Positions 48,383 to 58,913 are shown, counted from the stretch's first letter. The stretch: DNA of 64,000 nucleotides from an uncultured Candidatus Saccharibacteria bacterium (GCA_964371255.1 CAYJKV010000002.1:66553-130552), one strand, 5' to 3'. Program-made: numbers and translations. Notes: a model not told the origin generated them from the sequence alone.

Positions 48383-49995
48383 AAACTATGGACTCATCAA
48401 CCAGCCAAGCATCTGAATTCGCTCAAACTGCCACGTCAGCCGGCATGATTGGCCTGGCTGCTTTTGCTGGTTCTCTGGTGGGGTTCTTTTTGCAGCTGTT
48501 AGTGGCCTATTATTTTGGTGCTTCTAATCAGACTGACGCGTACTTTATGGCCCTCTCCACTTCGGAGCTTTTATCCAAACTGCTTCTCGGCGGATCAATC
48601 ACGGCTGTCTTCCTGCCCATGTTTATTAGCCGCCTCGCGCAAGGCAAGGCGCAAGCCGCTTGGCACATGGCTCTTAATTTGCTTCACCTGACACTCGTTG
48701 CGTTCGTTATTTTGTTAGCCTGCCTAGCCTTTTTTGCGGATCCTTTCGTCTCCTTCATCTCCCCTGGTTTTGATGCCGCAACGCATGAATTAACAACCCG
48801 TTTGTTATTAGTATTATTGCCGTCCTTTGCCGTTCTGTACTTGGTGGAATTGACTACTTCCATGCTTCAAGCGCTACATCATTTTTTTGTGCCGGCGCTG
48901 CTGCGCATTGTTTCCCCTGTTGTTTCTATCCTAACCATCCTGGCCTTAGTCAAATCGATTGGTATTTATGCGCTGGCATTAGGTGTAGTCATTGGTGCCT
49001 TCATCCAGCTATTCATGCTCCTCTCTACGCTTCGTCGGCAGGGTTTCTCGTATTCTTTTGTTTTTCAGCCCTTTGACCCGGCTATTAAGCGTCTTATTTA
49101 TCTGACCTATCCTTTCCTGTTATCCGTGCTTATTACTCAAGGTGCCGGCATTACCTACCGTATTCTTGTCTCCGACTTAGCCTCGGGCAGTTTAGCCGCC
49201 ATTAAATTTGCAGAAAAAATTACGCAATTATTAACGATCATCTTTTTAAACTCAGTTACTATGGTTATTTATCCGATCCTGTCTGCCAAGGCTGCTCAGC
49301 ATGACTGGTTGGGCATGCGCGATACTATCGCCAGTAGTATTCGCCTTATTTTCTTTGTCACAGTCCCGGTGATTACGGGTGTCGCCCTTCTTCGTCTTCC
49401 CTTGATCTCATTTATTTATCAACGGGGATCATTTTCTGCCTCCGACGCAGCGATGACCAGTGTGGCTTTGCTCTTTCTCGCGATCGGATTGACCACCAAT
49501 GGTATTAGTTCGGTCCTCGGTCACGCCACCTTAGCCTTGCAGGAAACTAGGGCAGCGGTCGCTGTTAGTATCGCGTCGCAAGCAGTGGCCATCTCGTTGT
49601 TCGTGCTATTGGTGCCCAAGTTGGCGCACGCCGGTCTGGCCCTAGCTTCTTCCTTGGTACCTCTCGCGATTGCTCTATTATATTTCCTTTATTTAACTCG
49701 TTTCCTCCCCCATTTGTCCTCTATCTTTATTCATTCCACCTATATTAAGACGATTGTTCTAACCCTGCTCATGGGAACACTTGTGTTCCTGATTAGCCCC
49801 TGGACAATGTTGATCACGGACACCCGGCCGGTCTCACTCTTCCTTCAGCTTGCTGTGCCCGCACTCCTCGGTGCTGCTTTCTTCATAACGGCCGCTTATC
49901 TTTGGCGTATACCTGAATTAATTCAGTTGCTGTCCATTGTTCGCCTGCGCTCTTCAAAACTAACACTGCTTTTCCGCCGGTCGTCGGCCGATTAA
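48379..49995 (+). CDS. murJ: Lipid II flippase MurJ (MviN)
   Basis: AYYFGAS..DAYF, GSITAVFLP, ISPGF, YQRGSFS..A. Confidence 0.85.
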   Translation: MKTMDSSTSQASEFAQTATSAGMIGLAAFAGSLVGFFLQLLVAYYFGASNQTDAYFMALSTSELLSKLLLGGSITAVFLPMFISRLAQGKAQAAWHMALNLLHLTLVAFVILLACLAFFADPFVSFISPGFDAATHELTTRLLLVLLPSFAVLYLVELTTSMLQALHHFFVPALLRIVSPVVSILTILALVKSIGIYALALGVVIGAFIQLFMLLSTLRRQGFSYSFVFQPFDPAIKRLIYLTYPFLLSVLITQGAGITYRILVSDLASGSLAAIKFAEKITQLLTIIFLNSVTMVIYPILSAKAAQHDWLGMRDTIASSIRLIFFVTVPVITGVALLRLPLISFIYQRGSFSASDAAMTSVALLFLAIGLTTNGISSVLGHATLALQETRAAVAVSIASQAVAISLFVLLVPKLAHAGLALASSLVPLAIALLYFLYLTRFLPHLSSIFIHSTYIKTIVLTLLMGTLVFLISPWTMLITDTRPVSLFLQLAVPALLGAAFFITAAYLWRIPELIQLLSIVRLRSSKLTLLFRRSSAD

Positions 49996-50012
49996 TCTTA
50001 ATTTATAATCTT

Positions 50013-51101
50013 ATGTCATTCGCCGTCGTTGAATATTCCAGCAAATCGGGCGACATTTGGCGTCATACACCAGAGCGGCCTAATTATTTATGCGATCCCG
50101 CCCGGGTCATGGATCCAACAAGTTTTGGCTGTTATGTTTCTGCGCTGTCGGGGGAACACATCCCGCTGACAAAAATTATTAATGCTTCCCGCTTTCTTAA
50201 TCGCGTCCACAGAAAACTCCATGGTGCCTGGCCGACCAACTATTCATTGGATTACTTCACCAAGTTTGATCGCCTGTTAGTCGTCTATGAAGCAGCGAAT
50301 AGTCGTACTTTATCCACTTTTATCCACCGCCTGCAGCGAGAATTACCAAACCTCAAGATCCTGGGCGTTCCCACGCAACCTTATGGTTTGTTGCGTTTAC
50401 AGTGGCAGATTGAACCGCAGATTAAACTTGACCTGCAAGAGTTTATCAATAGTTGCGATATTTTTATTTCTATCGTTAAAAGCACGACCGACCTCTGGCA
50501 AAGTTTTACAACGCACCCGGTCCATTATTTACCTCAGCCGTATCCGGTCGAGCACGCGCTGCGTAATTGGCAACCCCGGTCAAGCAAACAGCCAATTATT
50601 TTTGTCTCTGGTGTGACCGCGCGGCCCAATATTCAGCTCGGCCACGAGGTTGCCTCAGCCTTGCAGCAACAATTCCCTGACCACATTATTCATGTCACTA
50701 ATACGCCTGATGCGCCGCTTGATTCAACTCATCTTCAAGGTCTGAAATACGAGGTTAAGCCCTTCTTGTCTTGGTCTGATCATCTGAGATATTTATCAAC
50801 TGTTAAATTAGTTATCAATACCGACTTTACGCAAACTAGAGGCCGCGTCCAAATGGATTGCGCGGCTGTCGGCACCCCATCAGTGGGAGCGGATTCCGAT
50901 GCTCAGCTGGACCTCTGGCCACATGGCGCTGCGGCACCTGACACACCCGTTAAGACGATTATCAAATCCGCTAGCCGTCTTTTGTCGGATAGCCACGTCT
51001 ACGAAGAGTGGGTGAAGTTTGCCCGGTCAAGACTGCCGTTTTATAACTATGCGCACAGTGCAGACCGCATGAATAGTTTATACTCGTTAATTAAAAAATA
51101 G
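50013..51101 (+). CDS. GT-B glycosyltransferase-like protein (atypical)
   Basis: C-terminal LVINTD..QTRGRVQMDCAAVGTPSVG resembles the GT4 nucleotide-binding motif. Confidence 0.6.
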   Translation: MSFAVVEYSSKSGDIWRHTPERPNYLCDPARVMDPTSFGCYVSALSGEHIPLTKIINASRFLNRVHRKLHGAWPTNYSLDYFTKFDRLLVVYEAANSRTLSTFIHRLQRELPNLKILGVPTQPYGLLRLQWQIEPQIKLDLQEFINSCDIFISIVKSTTDLWQSFTTHPVHYLPQPYPVEHALRNWQPRSSKQPIIFVSGVTARPNIQLGHEVASALQQQFPDHIIHVTNTPDAPLDSTHLQGLKYEVKPFLSWSDHLRYLSTVKLVINTDFTQTRGRVQMDCAAVGTPSVGADSDAQLDLWPHGAAAPDTPVKTIIKSASRLLSDSHVYEEWVKFARSRLPFYNYAHSADRMNSLYSLIKK

Positions 51102-51111
51102 CGCAACCTTT

Positions 51112-52209
51112 ATGTCTAAAGCTGCCTCGGAGCGATCATCTATCCTCACCCCTAAATTCTTAGTCCGTCATCTCGGCAATATGGGTGATATGATTTTTAT
51201 TGTTCCGCCTGTCTTGGCTGCTCTCAAGACCGACTACCCGGGCTGCCACATTACCCTGGTCACGTCATGGGGATACAAACAGCCATCACGCTGGCCGTTT
51301 TCTCAAACAACCTGGTGGGGTGAACGCAACCAAAGCGGTCACAGCCTGCATTTAATAATGACCAACCCACATATCGATCAATTAATTCATTGGCATGACC
51401 GGCGGCTCTCTTTATCTGGAACTATTTGTCATGAAGATGATCGCTCTTTTCCCACTTGGAATAAGTCTTATTATGAGGAGCAAGTGCGCAGCGGGCGCTT
51501 TGATCGCGTCATTGAATTGGATTTTGGTTTGTCCGTGACAGACAATCCTCTGACGCGCGCCTACGCCCAAGCTGGCCTCACTGGCGCTCGTCCGATCGAC
51601 TACCACCTGTATCTTACCGCCTCCGATCGTCAAATTGGCGAAGCTGTCATGTCCAATTTTCCCCGTCCGCGTATTGTCTTATTGGAGAGTCTAAGCCACC
51701 ATTCCACTCGCGGTTGGGATCCGGCTAAAGTGATTGCCTTGTCGTCGGCTATCACTGAAAAATATGGCGTTGAGCCGATTTGGTTCGGTTCCAAGTACCA
51801 TCATTATTATCATGGCCGTCCGCTTTCACTGCGCGAGAATATTGCTACTTTAACCGTCTGTGATGTGGGTATCGGAGTTTTATCCGGCCCGCTTCATTTC
51901 GCCGCTGCCGCCGGTCTGCCGACGCTGACGCTATACTGCGACCACCCGCTTCGCCGCGCGGCGCCAGCTTACTTTCAAAACCCCTCCTTGCCTCCTTCCA
52001 CCGTCCAACATCGCACCCTTCTGGGTCCGCATAAGATGCCAATGAGAATTTTGAAAGGGGATCGTGATTCGCTTTGCTTAACCCCAACCGAATTAGCTGC
52101 TCAAAATTTTATTAATTGGTCAAATCCAGGCAAGCAATCCACCAAGAGCTGCTTATCTGTTATTACTGTCGATGAAATCATGACCGTCCTTTCAGATATG
52201 CTAAAATAA
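51112..52209 (+). CDS. GT9 (heptosyltransferase-like) glycosyltransferase, divergent
   Basis: LGNMGDMIF..P.L.ALK..YPGCHITLV, NPHID, SLRE, GVLSGPLHFAAAAGLPT. Confidence 0.8.
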   Translation: MSKAASERSSILTPKFLVRHLGNMGDMIFIVPPVLAALKTDYPGCHITLVTSWGYKQPSRWPFSQTTWWGERNQSGHSLHLIMTNPHIDQLIHWHDRRLSLSGTICHEDDRSFPTWNKSYYEEQVRSGRFDRVIELDFGLSVTDNPLTRAYAQAGLTGARPIDYHLYLTASDRQIGEAVMSNFPRPRIVLLESLSHHSTRGWDPAKVIALSSAITEKYGVEPIWFGSKYHHYYHGRPLSLRENIATLTVCDVGIGVLSGPLHFAAAAGLPTLTLYCDHPLRRAAPAYFQNPSLPPSTVQHRTLLGPHKMPMRILKGDRDSLCLTPTELAAQNFINWSNPGKQSTKSCLSVITVDEIMTVLSDMLK

Positions 52210-52285
52210 CCCCCTTGCCCCTCTTTACTACCTGTCATAATTTACATATAGATCTCACCTAATTTATTCTTCCATAAATATATAT

Positions 52286-53014
52286 ATGTCACCGCCAAAG
52301 ACAGCTCACGCCAACTCCATCTGGGTTATTATTCCTACGTATAATGAGAAACTAAATATCGGCCGTTTGGTCGCGGATATTTTTTCGCTGCCATTCGCTG
52401 ACCTTTCCGTTCTCATTGTGGATGATAATTCGCCTGACGGTACCGGCTCTTTGATCACTCAGCTACAAAACAAATACCCCCGGCTGTTTCTGCTCTCGCG
52501 TCCCGTCAAAAATGGCTTGGGCCGCGCATATGTTGATGGTTTTTCTTACGCCATTGGCCAGGGTGCCACGGCCATTGTTCAGATGGATGCCGACTTCTCT
52601 CACAACCCCGCCGACATTCCCCGCCTGCTTTCGTCTCTTGATCAGCATGATGTGGTTGTTGGTTCACGCTATGCTCATGGTATTAGCGTCATAAATTGGC
52701 CTCTGCGCCGGCTGCTGCTGAGTACCGGCGCTAACATTTATGCTGGTTTTATTACTGGCATGCCTTTTAAGGACTGTACAGGTGGCTTTCGGGCTTGGCG
52801 TGTCCATGTCTTAAAACAAATTAATTTCTCCGATGTGAAGGTTGACGGCTATGGGTTTCAGATTATTATGCTCTATCGCGCCTGGCGTCAACACAGTCGT
52901 ATCACGGAGATACCCATCATTTTCACTGAGCGGCGGGAAGGTCAGTCTAAAATGAGTCGGACTATTATTGCCGAAGCTATGCTTTTGGTTTGGAAATTGC
53001 GTCTTTTTGGTTAA
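52286..53014 (+). CDS. Polyprenol monophosphomannose synthase (DPM1/Ppm1-like)
   Basis: IIPTYNE, VDDNSPDGTG, GLGRAY, QMDADFSH.P, DCTGGFR, GYGFQ, F.ER..G.SKM. Confidence 0.92.
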   Translation: MSPPKTAHANSIWVIIPTYNEKLNIGRLVADIFSLPFADLSVLIVDDNSPDGTGSLITQLQNKYPRLFLLSRPVKNGLGRAYVDGFSYAIGQGATAIVQMDADFSHNPADIPRLLSSLDQHDVVVGSRYAHGISVINWPLRRLLLSTGANIYAGFITGMPFKDCTGGFRAWRVHVLKQINFSDVKVDGYGFQIIMLYRAWRQHSRITEIPIIFTERREGQSKMSRTIIAEAMLLVWKLRLFG

Positions 53015-53036
53015 GCACCACTGACTCTATCGTTTC

Positions 53037-55283
53037 GTGAACCCATTACCGGCCAAGTCAATCACTCAGGCTTTCCCCCTTCTCTTCCTTTTGCTGATAA
53101 TCACTGCCGCGTTTTTTCCCTTGTTTATCGGTCGTTTTTATGCCATTGGTGACATCCGTGAGGTCTATATTCCGCTGGAATATTTTTTTCATAATCAGAT
53201 ATTAGCTGGGCACTTGCCTGCCTGGCTCGCCGACGCGGCCTGGGGGTTTCCGGTTATCGCCTCAGCGCAAATCGGTTTCTTCTACCCACCCTTACTCCTG
53301 CTGCGTTACCTGCCGCCCGCCATCTATTTGTCATTTCTGCTATTAATCCATTTTTTGTGGTTCGCCTTGGGTGCGTATCTTTTTTATCGGCGCTTTGTGT
53401 CATCAGCTGCTGCCGCGCTTGGCGCCCTGTCTTTATCTTTAGGCGGATTCGTAACCTTGCATCTGACGCATCTTAATATCATTTTTTCCCTAGCTTGGTT
53501 GCCTTGGCAGTTCCTGGTCATCTATTTACTCCGCCGTTCCCTGAGTACACGATCGGTGCTGAGTTTATCAGTCTTATTGGCGCTACCCTTTCTAGTCGGG
53601 CAGATCCAAGTTCCGCTTTTAATGTTTCTAGCCGCCAGTGCCTGGCTCCTTTATCTGCGTCATCGCCATCAATTATTATGGCGCCGCTCATTGCTCATTC
53701 TCGCCGCCCTTGTTATTTTGATGATTTTTATCAGTGCTGTTCAGCTTTTGCCGACCTATGAACTCATGCAGCAATCTACTCGGGATCTCTCTTCCACGTC
53801 CTTTGATCTGACTCGCGCTAATCAGCATAGTTTTCCCCTTTATCACTTGCCAACGGTTCTGTTTCCTCGGTTTTTTGCCAATGATAACCTCTATTGGGGC
53901 CGGCGTCTCCAAATCGAATATGGTTTGTACTTTGGTACGTTCCCTTTATTAGCGGCTTTTGTCTGTCTTTTCCGTCGTCGCTTCCATCAAGCGGTTTATG
54001 CCGACCCTCTTCCCCGTGTCGTACCCTTCTTTGCGGTTTTGTTAATCTTATCGTTCCTTTTCGCCCTCGGCTCCCTGTCACCTTTTCGCCTGATAAAAAT
54101 TGAACCATCATTATGGGTCTTTTCCGCGCCGGCTCGCTGGCTGCTGCTGACCAGTTTTTCTTTGTCGTTTTTTTCCGCTGTCGGCGCCGATCGTTTTTTT
54201 CGCGATCCTGCCCCCTGGCTACCTCTTATTCGTCGCTGCGTCATCGCTCTTTATGGCTTTGTCTTGCTGAGCCAATTTGCCCTTTGGCTGCTTATCAAAA
54301 CGGTGCCCGCCTGGCTTTATCCTGGGTTATCAGTTACTCATCAGGATAAAATCGCCTCGCTTTTAAATAGTGCTTTTCATTCCGGCCTAAGCTTACTTTC
54401 TCCTTATACTTATTTACCCTTGCTCGTGATCCTGATCTTCGCCTTGCGTTTTGTCCTCCGGCATCCGGCCCGGTGGGCTCTGTCGCTGACCGCTCTAGAA
54501 TTATTCATCCTCTTTATTACCACCACCCCGACCGTACCCTGGCGTGATATAACATCGCCGCCTGCTTCCTTAGCTGCCCTGCCTGAGGTTATCCGAACAG
54601 GACAAGCGCGCTTATATTCTATTCGTGACGGTGGCGATACCGGCGCCTATTTTACTGATCCTTCATCCCGCGCCAACGCCGCCATTCGTCAGCAGCAACG
54701 AGAATTACTCATACCCCTGATTCATACCCAATTTAACTTAGCCGGTATTGAATGGCCGGCCTCACTTGATTTATCAAATCATTCCGCCATTTTTTCCCAT
54801 CTTCGCGCCAATGACAGCTATCAATTAACGAATGCCGTTTTATCAAAAGAACTAAATATCGGCGCTGTCCTGACTTACAGCGGCCAATCAGCCCAAATTG
54901 AGGCTTTGGATTTCTCGCCTCGATTGGAAATAATTTCGCCGCAGAATATTTCCTCTCCTTTGCCCTATCCTTACTCGCCGGACGGCTCGTTTTCTATTGA
55001 CCTGCATGTCACCGAACCTTCGCGCCTGGTCGTCCGCGACTCTTTTTATCCTGGTTGGCGTGCTACTATTGATGAAAAACCAACACCGATCACCGCTTAC
55101 CGGGATATCTTCCGCCAGATTGCTCTTCCCGTTGGCCGTCACCACGTCTCTTTTTCCTACCGTCCTGTCTATTTATATGCCGGTATTATCATCTCGGCAC
55201 TGACCGCCAGCCTCATTCTGATTTATGTCTTGATTACTTACACCCATGATCGCCGATCCATCAACCTAACAGACAATCTATGA
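53037..55283 (+). CDS. YfhO-like GT-C membrane glycosyltransferase
   Basis: GHLPAW..GFP..Q.GFFYP, SAVQLLPTYE, C-terminal DSFYPGWRATID..GRHHVSFSYRP. Confidence 0.85.
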   Translation: MNPLPAKSITQAFPLLFLLLIITAAFFPLFIGRFYAIGDIREVYIPLEYFFHNQILAGHLPAWLADAAWGFPVIASAQIGFFYPPLLLLRYLPPAIYLSFLLLIHFLWFALGAYLFYRRFVSSAAAALGALSLSLGGFVTLHLTHLNIIFSLAWLPWQFLVIYLLRRSLSTRSVLSLSVLLALPFLVGQIQVPLLMFLAASAWLLYLRHRHQLLWRRSLLILAALVILMIFISAVQLLPTYELMQQSTRDLSSTSFDLTRANQHSFPLYHLPTVLFPRFFANDNLYWGRRLQIEYGLYFGTFPLLAAFVCLFRRRFHQAVYADPLPRVVPFFAVLLILSFLFALGSLSPFRLIKIEPSLWVFSAPARWLLLTSFSLSFFSAVGADRFFRDPAPWLPLIRRCVIALYGFVLLSQFALWLLIKTVPAWLYPGLSVTHQDKIASLLNSAFHSGLSLLSPYTYLPLLVILIFALRFVLRHPARWALSLTALELFILFITTTPTVPWRDITSPPASLAALPEVIRTGQARLYSIRDGGDTGAYFTDPSSRANAAIRQQQRELLIPLIHTQFNLAGIEWPASLDLSNHSAIFSHLRANDSYQLTNAVLSKELNIGAVLTYSGQSAQIEALDFSPRLEIISPQNISSPLPYPYSPDGSFSIDLHVTEPSRLVVRDSFYPGWRATIDEKPTPITAYRDIFRQIALPVGRHHVSFSYRPVYLYAGIIISALTASLILIYVLITYTHDRRSINLTDNL

Positions 55284-56488
55284 AACTACTTATCTCAGTA
55301 CCAAGCGGTTATCATGCGCGTGAAATATTGCTCCCCTTGCAAACGCTATTAACAGCGGACAGCGCCATTGAGGCCGTTTATGTCATCACGCCGGCTGCCC
55401 CTTGGCAGACGGAACTTTTCCCTGGTTTTTCCGCTAAATTTTCCTGGCATACCAATCCTGCTACAACCTCAGGTCACGACGCCCTTCTCACCACGCTTAA
55501 ACCAGACCTAGTCTTAACCCCCACGATGGGTTTGGACCTGAAGGATACGCCTATTATTATATCTGCTCGTCAGTTTAACATTCCTACCCTCACCTTCATT
55601 TCCAGCTGGGATAATGTTTTCAAAATTTCGCGTCTCATGCAACGGGGTTATGCCAAGCATGTAAAAAATCACACGACCCCATATGCCATGCCTGATTACT
55701 TTGCCGTCTGGAACCAGCTCAACGCCGATCATCTCTTTCGCCTCTTCCCCTCCCTGCACCCGGCGCAAGTGGTTATAACCGGGCCGCCTCGTTTCGACTA
55801 CTTCTCCCATACTGACCGCATCCCGGCTAAGGCAGATTTATTTGCCTATCTTAATATCACTGCCGACCCCTCTGACACTAGCCTCATCCATTGTGCCACG
55901 ACCGAGCTCTACCCGTTAAATTACGTGATTAAACGTATCCATCAGGCCGCCCTGCGGCATCAATTAACTGGCCCGGTTAGTTTGTATGCTTCCGTTCATC
56001 CCGGCGGTGACATATCGAAACATTCTTACCAAAAATACGGCGCGTCCGTCCGCTACTCATTTGGTCGCCGTGCCGTCTCTCCTCATCCCGACTTTATTTA
56101 TCTACCCACTGTCCAGGAAATATATTTATTAGTCGCGTTGTTCCAGCATTCGTCCTTATTAATTAACCAGTCATCTACCGTCGCTATCGAATCGATGCGG
56201 GCTAATAGACCAGTCATCAATGTGATGTACGGCCGCGCTTTTGACTGGTGGCGTTGGCGGCGCTCCATGGTCTATCGCGACTTTCAGCAGCATTATCGAT
56301 ATATTACCAACAACCATGGCACTACCCTCGTCAAGCATTCACGATCTCTAATACCGGCCATCAATGACTATTTAACAAGGCCGACGCTGCATAGCCATGA
56401 ACGCCGCATTACTGCCCAGAAATTAATCACTTACACGGATGGTAGTTCAGCTCGTCGGCTAATTGATCTGGCTAAGTCCATTGTTTGA
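55280..56488 (+). CDS. GT-B transferase of the CDP-glycerol glycerophosphotransferase / CMP-sugar transferase-like group
   Basis: SSWDN, FAVWN, TGPPRFD, VHPG, SSTVAIES, DGSSARR. Confidence 0.7.
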   Translation: MKLLISVPSGYHAREILLPLQTLLTADSAIEAVYVITPAAPWQTELFPGFSAKFSWHTNPATTSGHDALLTTLKPDLVLTPTMGLDLKDTPIIISARQFNIPTLTFISSWDNVFKISRLMQRGYAKHVKNHTTPYAMPDYFAVWNQLNADHLFRLFPSLHPAQVVITGPPRFDYFSHTDRIPAKADLFAYLNITADPSDTSLIHCATTELYPLNYVIKRIHQAALRHQLTGPVSLYASVHPGGDISKHSYQKYGASVRYSFGRRAVSPHPDFIYLPTVQEIYLLVALFQHSSLLINQSSTVAIESMRANRPVINVMYGRAFDWWRWRRSMVYRDFQQHYRYITNNHGTTLVKHSRSLIPAINDYLTRPTLHSHERRITAQKLITYTDGSSARRLIDLAKSIV

Positions 56489-56535
56489 CAGTGACGCGTA
56501 TTAGTTCTTTAATGATTGCTCTATAGCTATTTTTT

Positions 56536-57399
56536 ATGAAATTTCATTATATCTCACATCCGCGCCGCAATCCGACAATTACCGCCTCCCTACGCCAAGC
56601 TTGCCGCCGCCGGGGAGTTGAATTTGTGCTGGTTAATCCCTTCCATTTTGACTTCACGGATCCAGAGTCTTTACCCCGGTCGGGTGATGCTGTTTACCGC
56701 TCATTAGCCAGGACGGCTGGCAACGGTTTATCCAGAACCGTTGAACGATGGCTCCTCCACGAACAAGTCGCTACTTTTTATACCTCTTATGAACGAGCCC
56801 TTAGTCAATGGCCTCAATCTTATGTTATTCACGCCAAGCATGGTTTGCCTCAGCCGCTCACTGTCTGGAACGTGCCGCGCGACCGTCAGTTGATTGATCG
56901 TTATGTCGATTTTGTGCAAGGCTACCCGGTCATCATTAAAATCACCGGCGGCAGCCATGGCGTCGGGGTTTTAAAAGCGGACTCCGCGTCTTCCCTTTAT
57001 TCAATCATTGATTATCTCCATGGCATCAACACTCCCGCCATCATCCGCCAGTTTATACATGCCAGACATTCAGCGCGCTTGATTGTCTTGGGTGATAAAG
57101 TGGTCGCCAGTATTGAATATAGCGCTCCCGAACATGATTTTCGTACGAATATTGGCCGTCACCCCATCGTTAAACCCAAGGAATTTCCCGCCGCTATCAA
57201 ACGCCTAGCCGTGCAGGCAGTCTCAACCATGGGTAACCAATTTGGGGGCGTAGATATTTTGATCGATTCAAACGGCCGGCCCTACATCACCGAGATGAAT
57301 TTCCCCTGTAATTTTGCCCGCGCTGCCAACGCTACTAATATCGACATCGCCGGACTGATGATCGATTTCTTAATATCCAAATCTTTACCTCATGTTTAA
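56536..57399 (+). CDS. RimK-like ATP-grasp ligase
   Basis: YPVIIK..GSHGVGV, IRQFI, FRTN, GGVDIL, ITEMN. Confidence 0.85.
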   Translation: MKFHYISHPRRNPTITASLRQACRRRGVEFVLVNPFHFDFTDPESLPRSGDAVYRSLARTAGNGLSRTVERWLLHEQVATFYTSYERALSQWPQSYVIHAKHGLPQPLTVWNVPRDRQLIDRYVDFVQGYPVIIKITGGSHGVGVLKADSASSLYSIIDYLHGINTPAIIRQFIHARHSARLIVLGDKVVASIEYSAPEHDFRTNIGRHPIVKPKEFPAAIKRLAVQAVSTMGNQFGGVDILIDSNGRPYITEMNFPCNFARAANATNIDIAGLMIDFLISKSLPHV

Positions 57400-58051
57400 G
57401 CGCGGTTATATATCAATAGTCTTTGATGATGGCTATGAAGCAGTCTATCAAAATGCCCTGCCGGCCTTGCGCCGCTTTAACCTGCCAGCAGTTTTTGCCT
57501 TGCCGCTAAACGGGGAAAAACTAGCAAAAACAGAACGTCGCGCCGTTCGTCCTTGGACCCAATGGCTGTCGCTTGTGCGGGAGGGTCATGAGATCGCTTC
57601 GCATTCTGTCAACCATCTGAACCTGACTCGTTTGTCTGCCGCTGAACTGAATCTTGAGCTAACCGAATCTGCGCAAAAACTCAACGCCGTAACTTTAGTC
57701 TATCCAGGCGGTGCGGTTAATGATGACGTCGCCCAAGCAGCCTCGCAATATTATCAAGCCGGCCGCACCGTTCATTATGGTTTTGAAACGGTCCCCCCCC
57801 AAGAACCGATGCGACTGCGCTCATACAATTTTTCCCGCCGTAATTTCACTGTCTGGAAGGCTAATCTGTTAGCCCTGTGGGCGTATTTAAGCGATAGCTG
57901 GTTAATTGAAACCTACCATCTGGTCGATGACTTAGATCAAATAACCGTTCATAACGTTCCCACCAAAGACTTTGTTCGCCACCTCTCTTTTATTAAGCGC
58001 CTGCCTGTCCGGGTGCAAACTATTAAAGATATTATTAATTTATCTAAATAG
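57392..58051 (+). CDS. Polysaccharide deacetylase (CE4/NodB)
   Basis: IVFDDG, GHEIASHSVNH, YPGG, YH. Confidence 0.88.
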   Translation: MFKRGYISIVFDDGYEAVYQNALPALRRFNLPAVFALPLNGEKLAKTERRAVRPWTQWLSLVREGHEIASHSVNHLNLTRLSAAELNLELTESAQKLNAVTLVYPGGAVNDDVAQAASQYYQAGRTVHYGFETVPPQEPMRLRSYNFSRRNFTVWKANLLALWAYLSDSWLIETYHLVDDLDQITVHNVPTKDFVRHLSFIKRLPVRVQTIKDIINLSK

Positions 58052-58059
58052 CTGCCGAC

Positions 58060-58905
58060 ATGCTTTCCGCTATTGTCATTACCCGCAACGAAGAGGACTC
58101 CATTGCCGGCTGTCTCGCAAGTTTATCCTTTGCTGACCAGGTTGTGGTGGTCGATTCCGGCAGTACTGATAATACCGTGTCAGTCGCGCGGCAGCGCGGT
58201 GCCCAAGTCTATACCCATGCTTGGTCCAGCTATGGTGATCAGAAAAATTTTGGCGCCTCCAAAGCATTAGGGCAGTGGCTATTGTTTATTGATGCAGACG
58301 AGCAGGTCTCCCCTGCCTTAGCTACCACCATCACCGCCTTGGTCGGTAATACTGCCGCCGCTCCGCCTCATGATTTTTATTGGCTGCGCATTATTACCGT
58401 CTTCCTCAATCGTCCGCTACCTCATTTATTTGGCAATAACGTCCGTCTATTTAAAAAATCTGCCGGCCAGTGGGACACGGCCCCCGTTCATGAGCAAGTC
58501 CTGACCGCGACTGACCAGACCATTAAACTCGGCGATCAATGGTCAGGCCGGCTTTTCCCGCCCCTGTTTCATTACTCGCATCGCACAGTGACCTCATATC
58601 TTACTAAGATGTATCACTATACTACTCTCGATGCCCGGCACATGTTCCGCACACAGCGTCATCGGTCCGGTAAAAAATATTACCCCTCGGTATTTCTGCC
58701 CTATCGATTATTTGTTCGTCAACTGGTTAAACTGCTTTTTTACCGGCGTGGTTTTATGGACGGTTTAGCTGGCTGTCTCTGGTGTGTGTTGTCTGCTTAT
58801 TATGAATTTGATATGGCCAAAAAATATAATCGGCTTAGCCGAACGCCTCCTCAATACCCGCTTCAGGCTGCCGCGCCTGATCAGCCAGCAGAAAAAGCGG
58901 ATTAA
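58060..58905 (+). CDS. GT2 glycosyltransferase (WaaE/KdtX-like)
   Basis: ITRNEE..I..CL.SL, VDSGSTD, QKN, FIDADE, VHE, GFMDG. Confidence 0.9.
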   Translation: MLSAIVITRNEEDSIAGCLASLSFADQVVVVDSGSTDNTVSVARQRGAQVYTHAWSSYGDQKNFGASKALGQWLLFIDADEQVSPALATTITALVGNTAAAPPHDFYWLRIITVFLNRPLPHLFGNNVRLFKKSAGQWDTAPVHEQVLTATDQTIKLGDQWSGRLFPPLFHYSHRTVTSYLTKMYHYTTLDARHMFRTQRHRSGKKYYPSVFLPYRLFVRQLVKLLFYRRGFMDGLAGCLWCVLSAYYEFDMAKKYNRLSRTPPQYPLQAAAPDQPAEKAD

Positions 58906-58913
58906 TTATTCTT

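Noticed and set aside
57793-57800. Poly-C tracts (C8 here, C7 at 58943-58949) as phase-variation switches
   Set aside because: Short, in frame, encode Pro-Pro, and expected by chance on a C-rich strand
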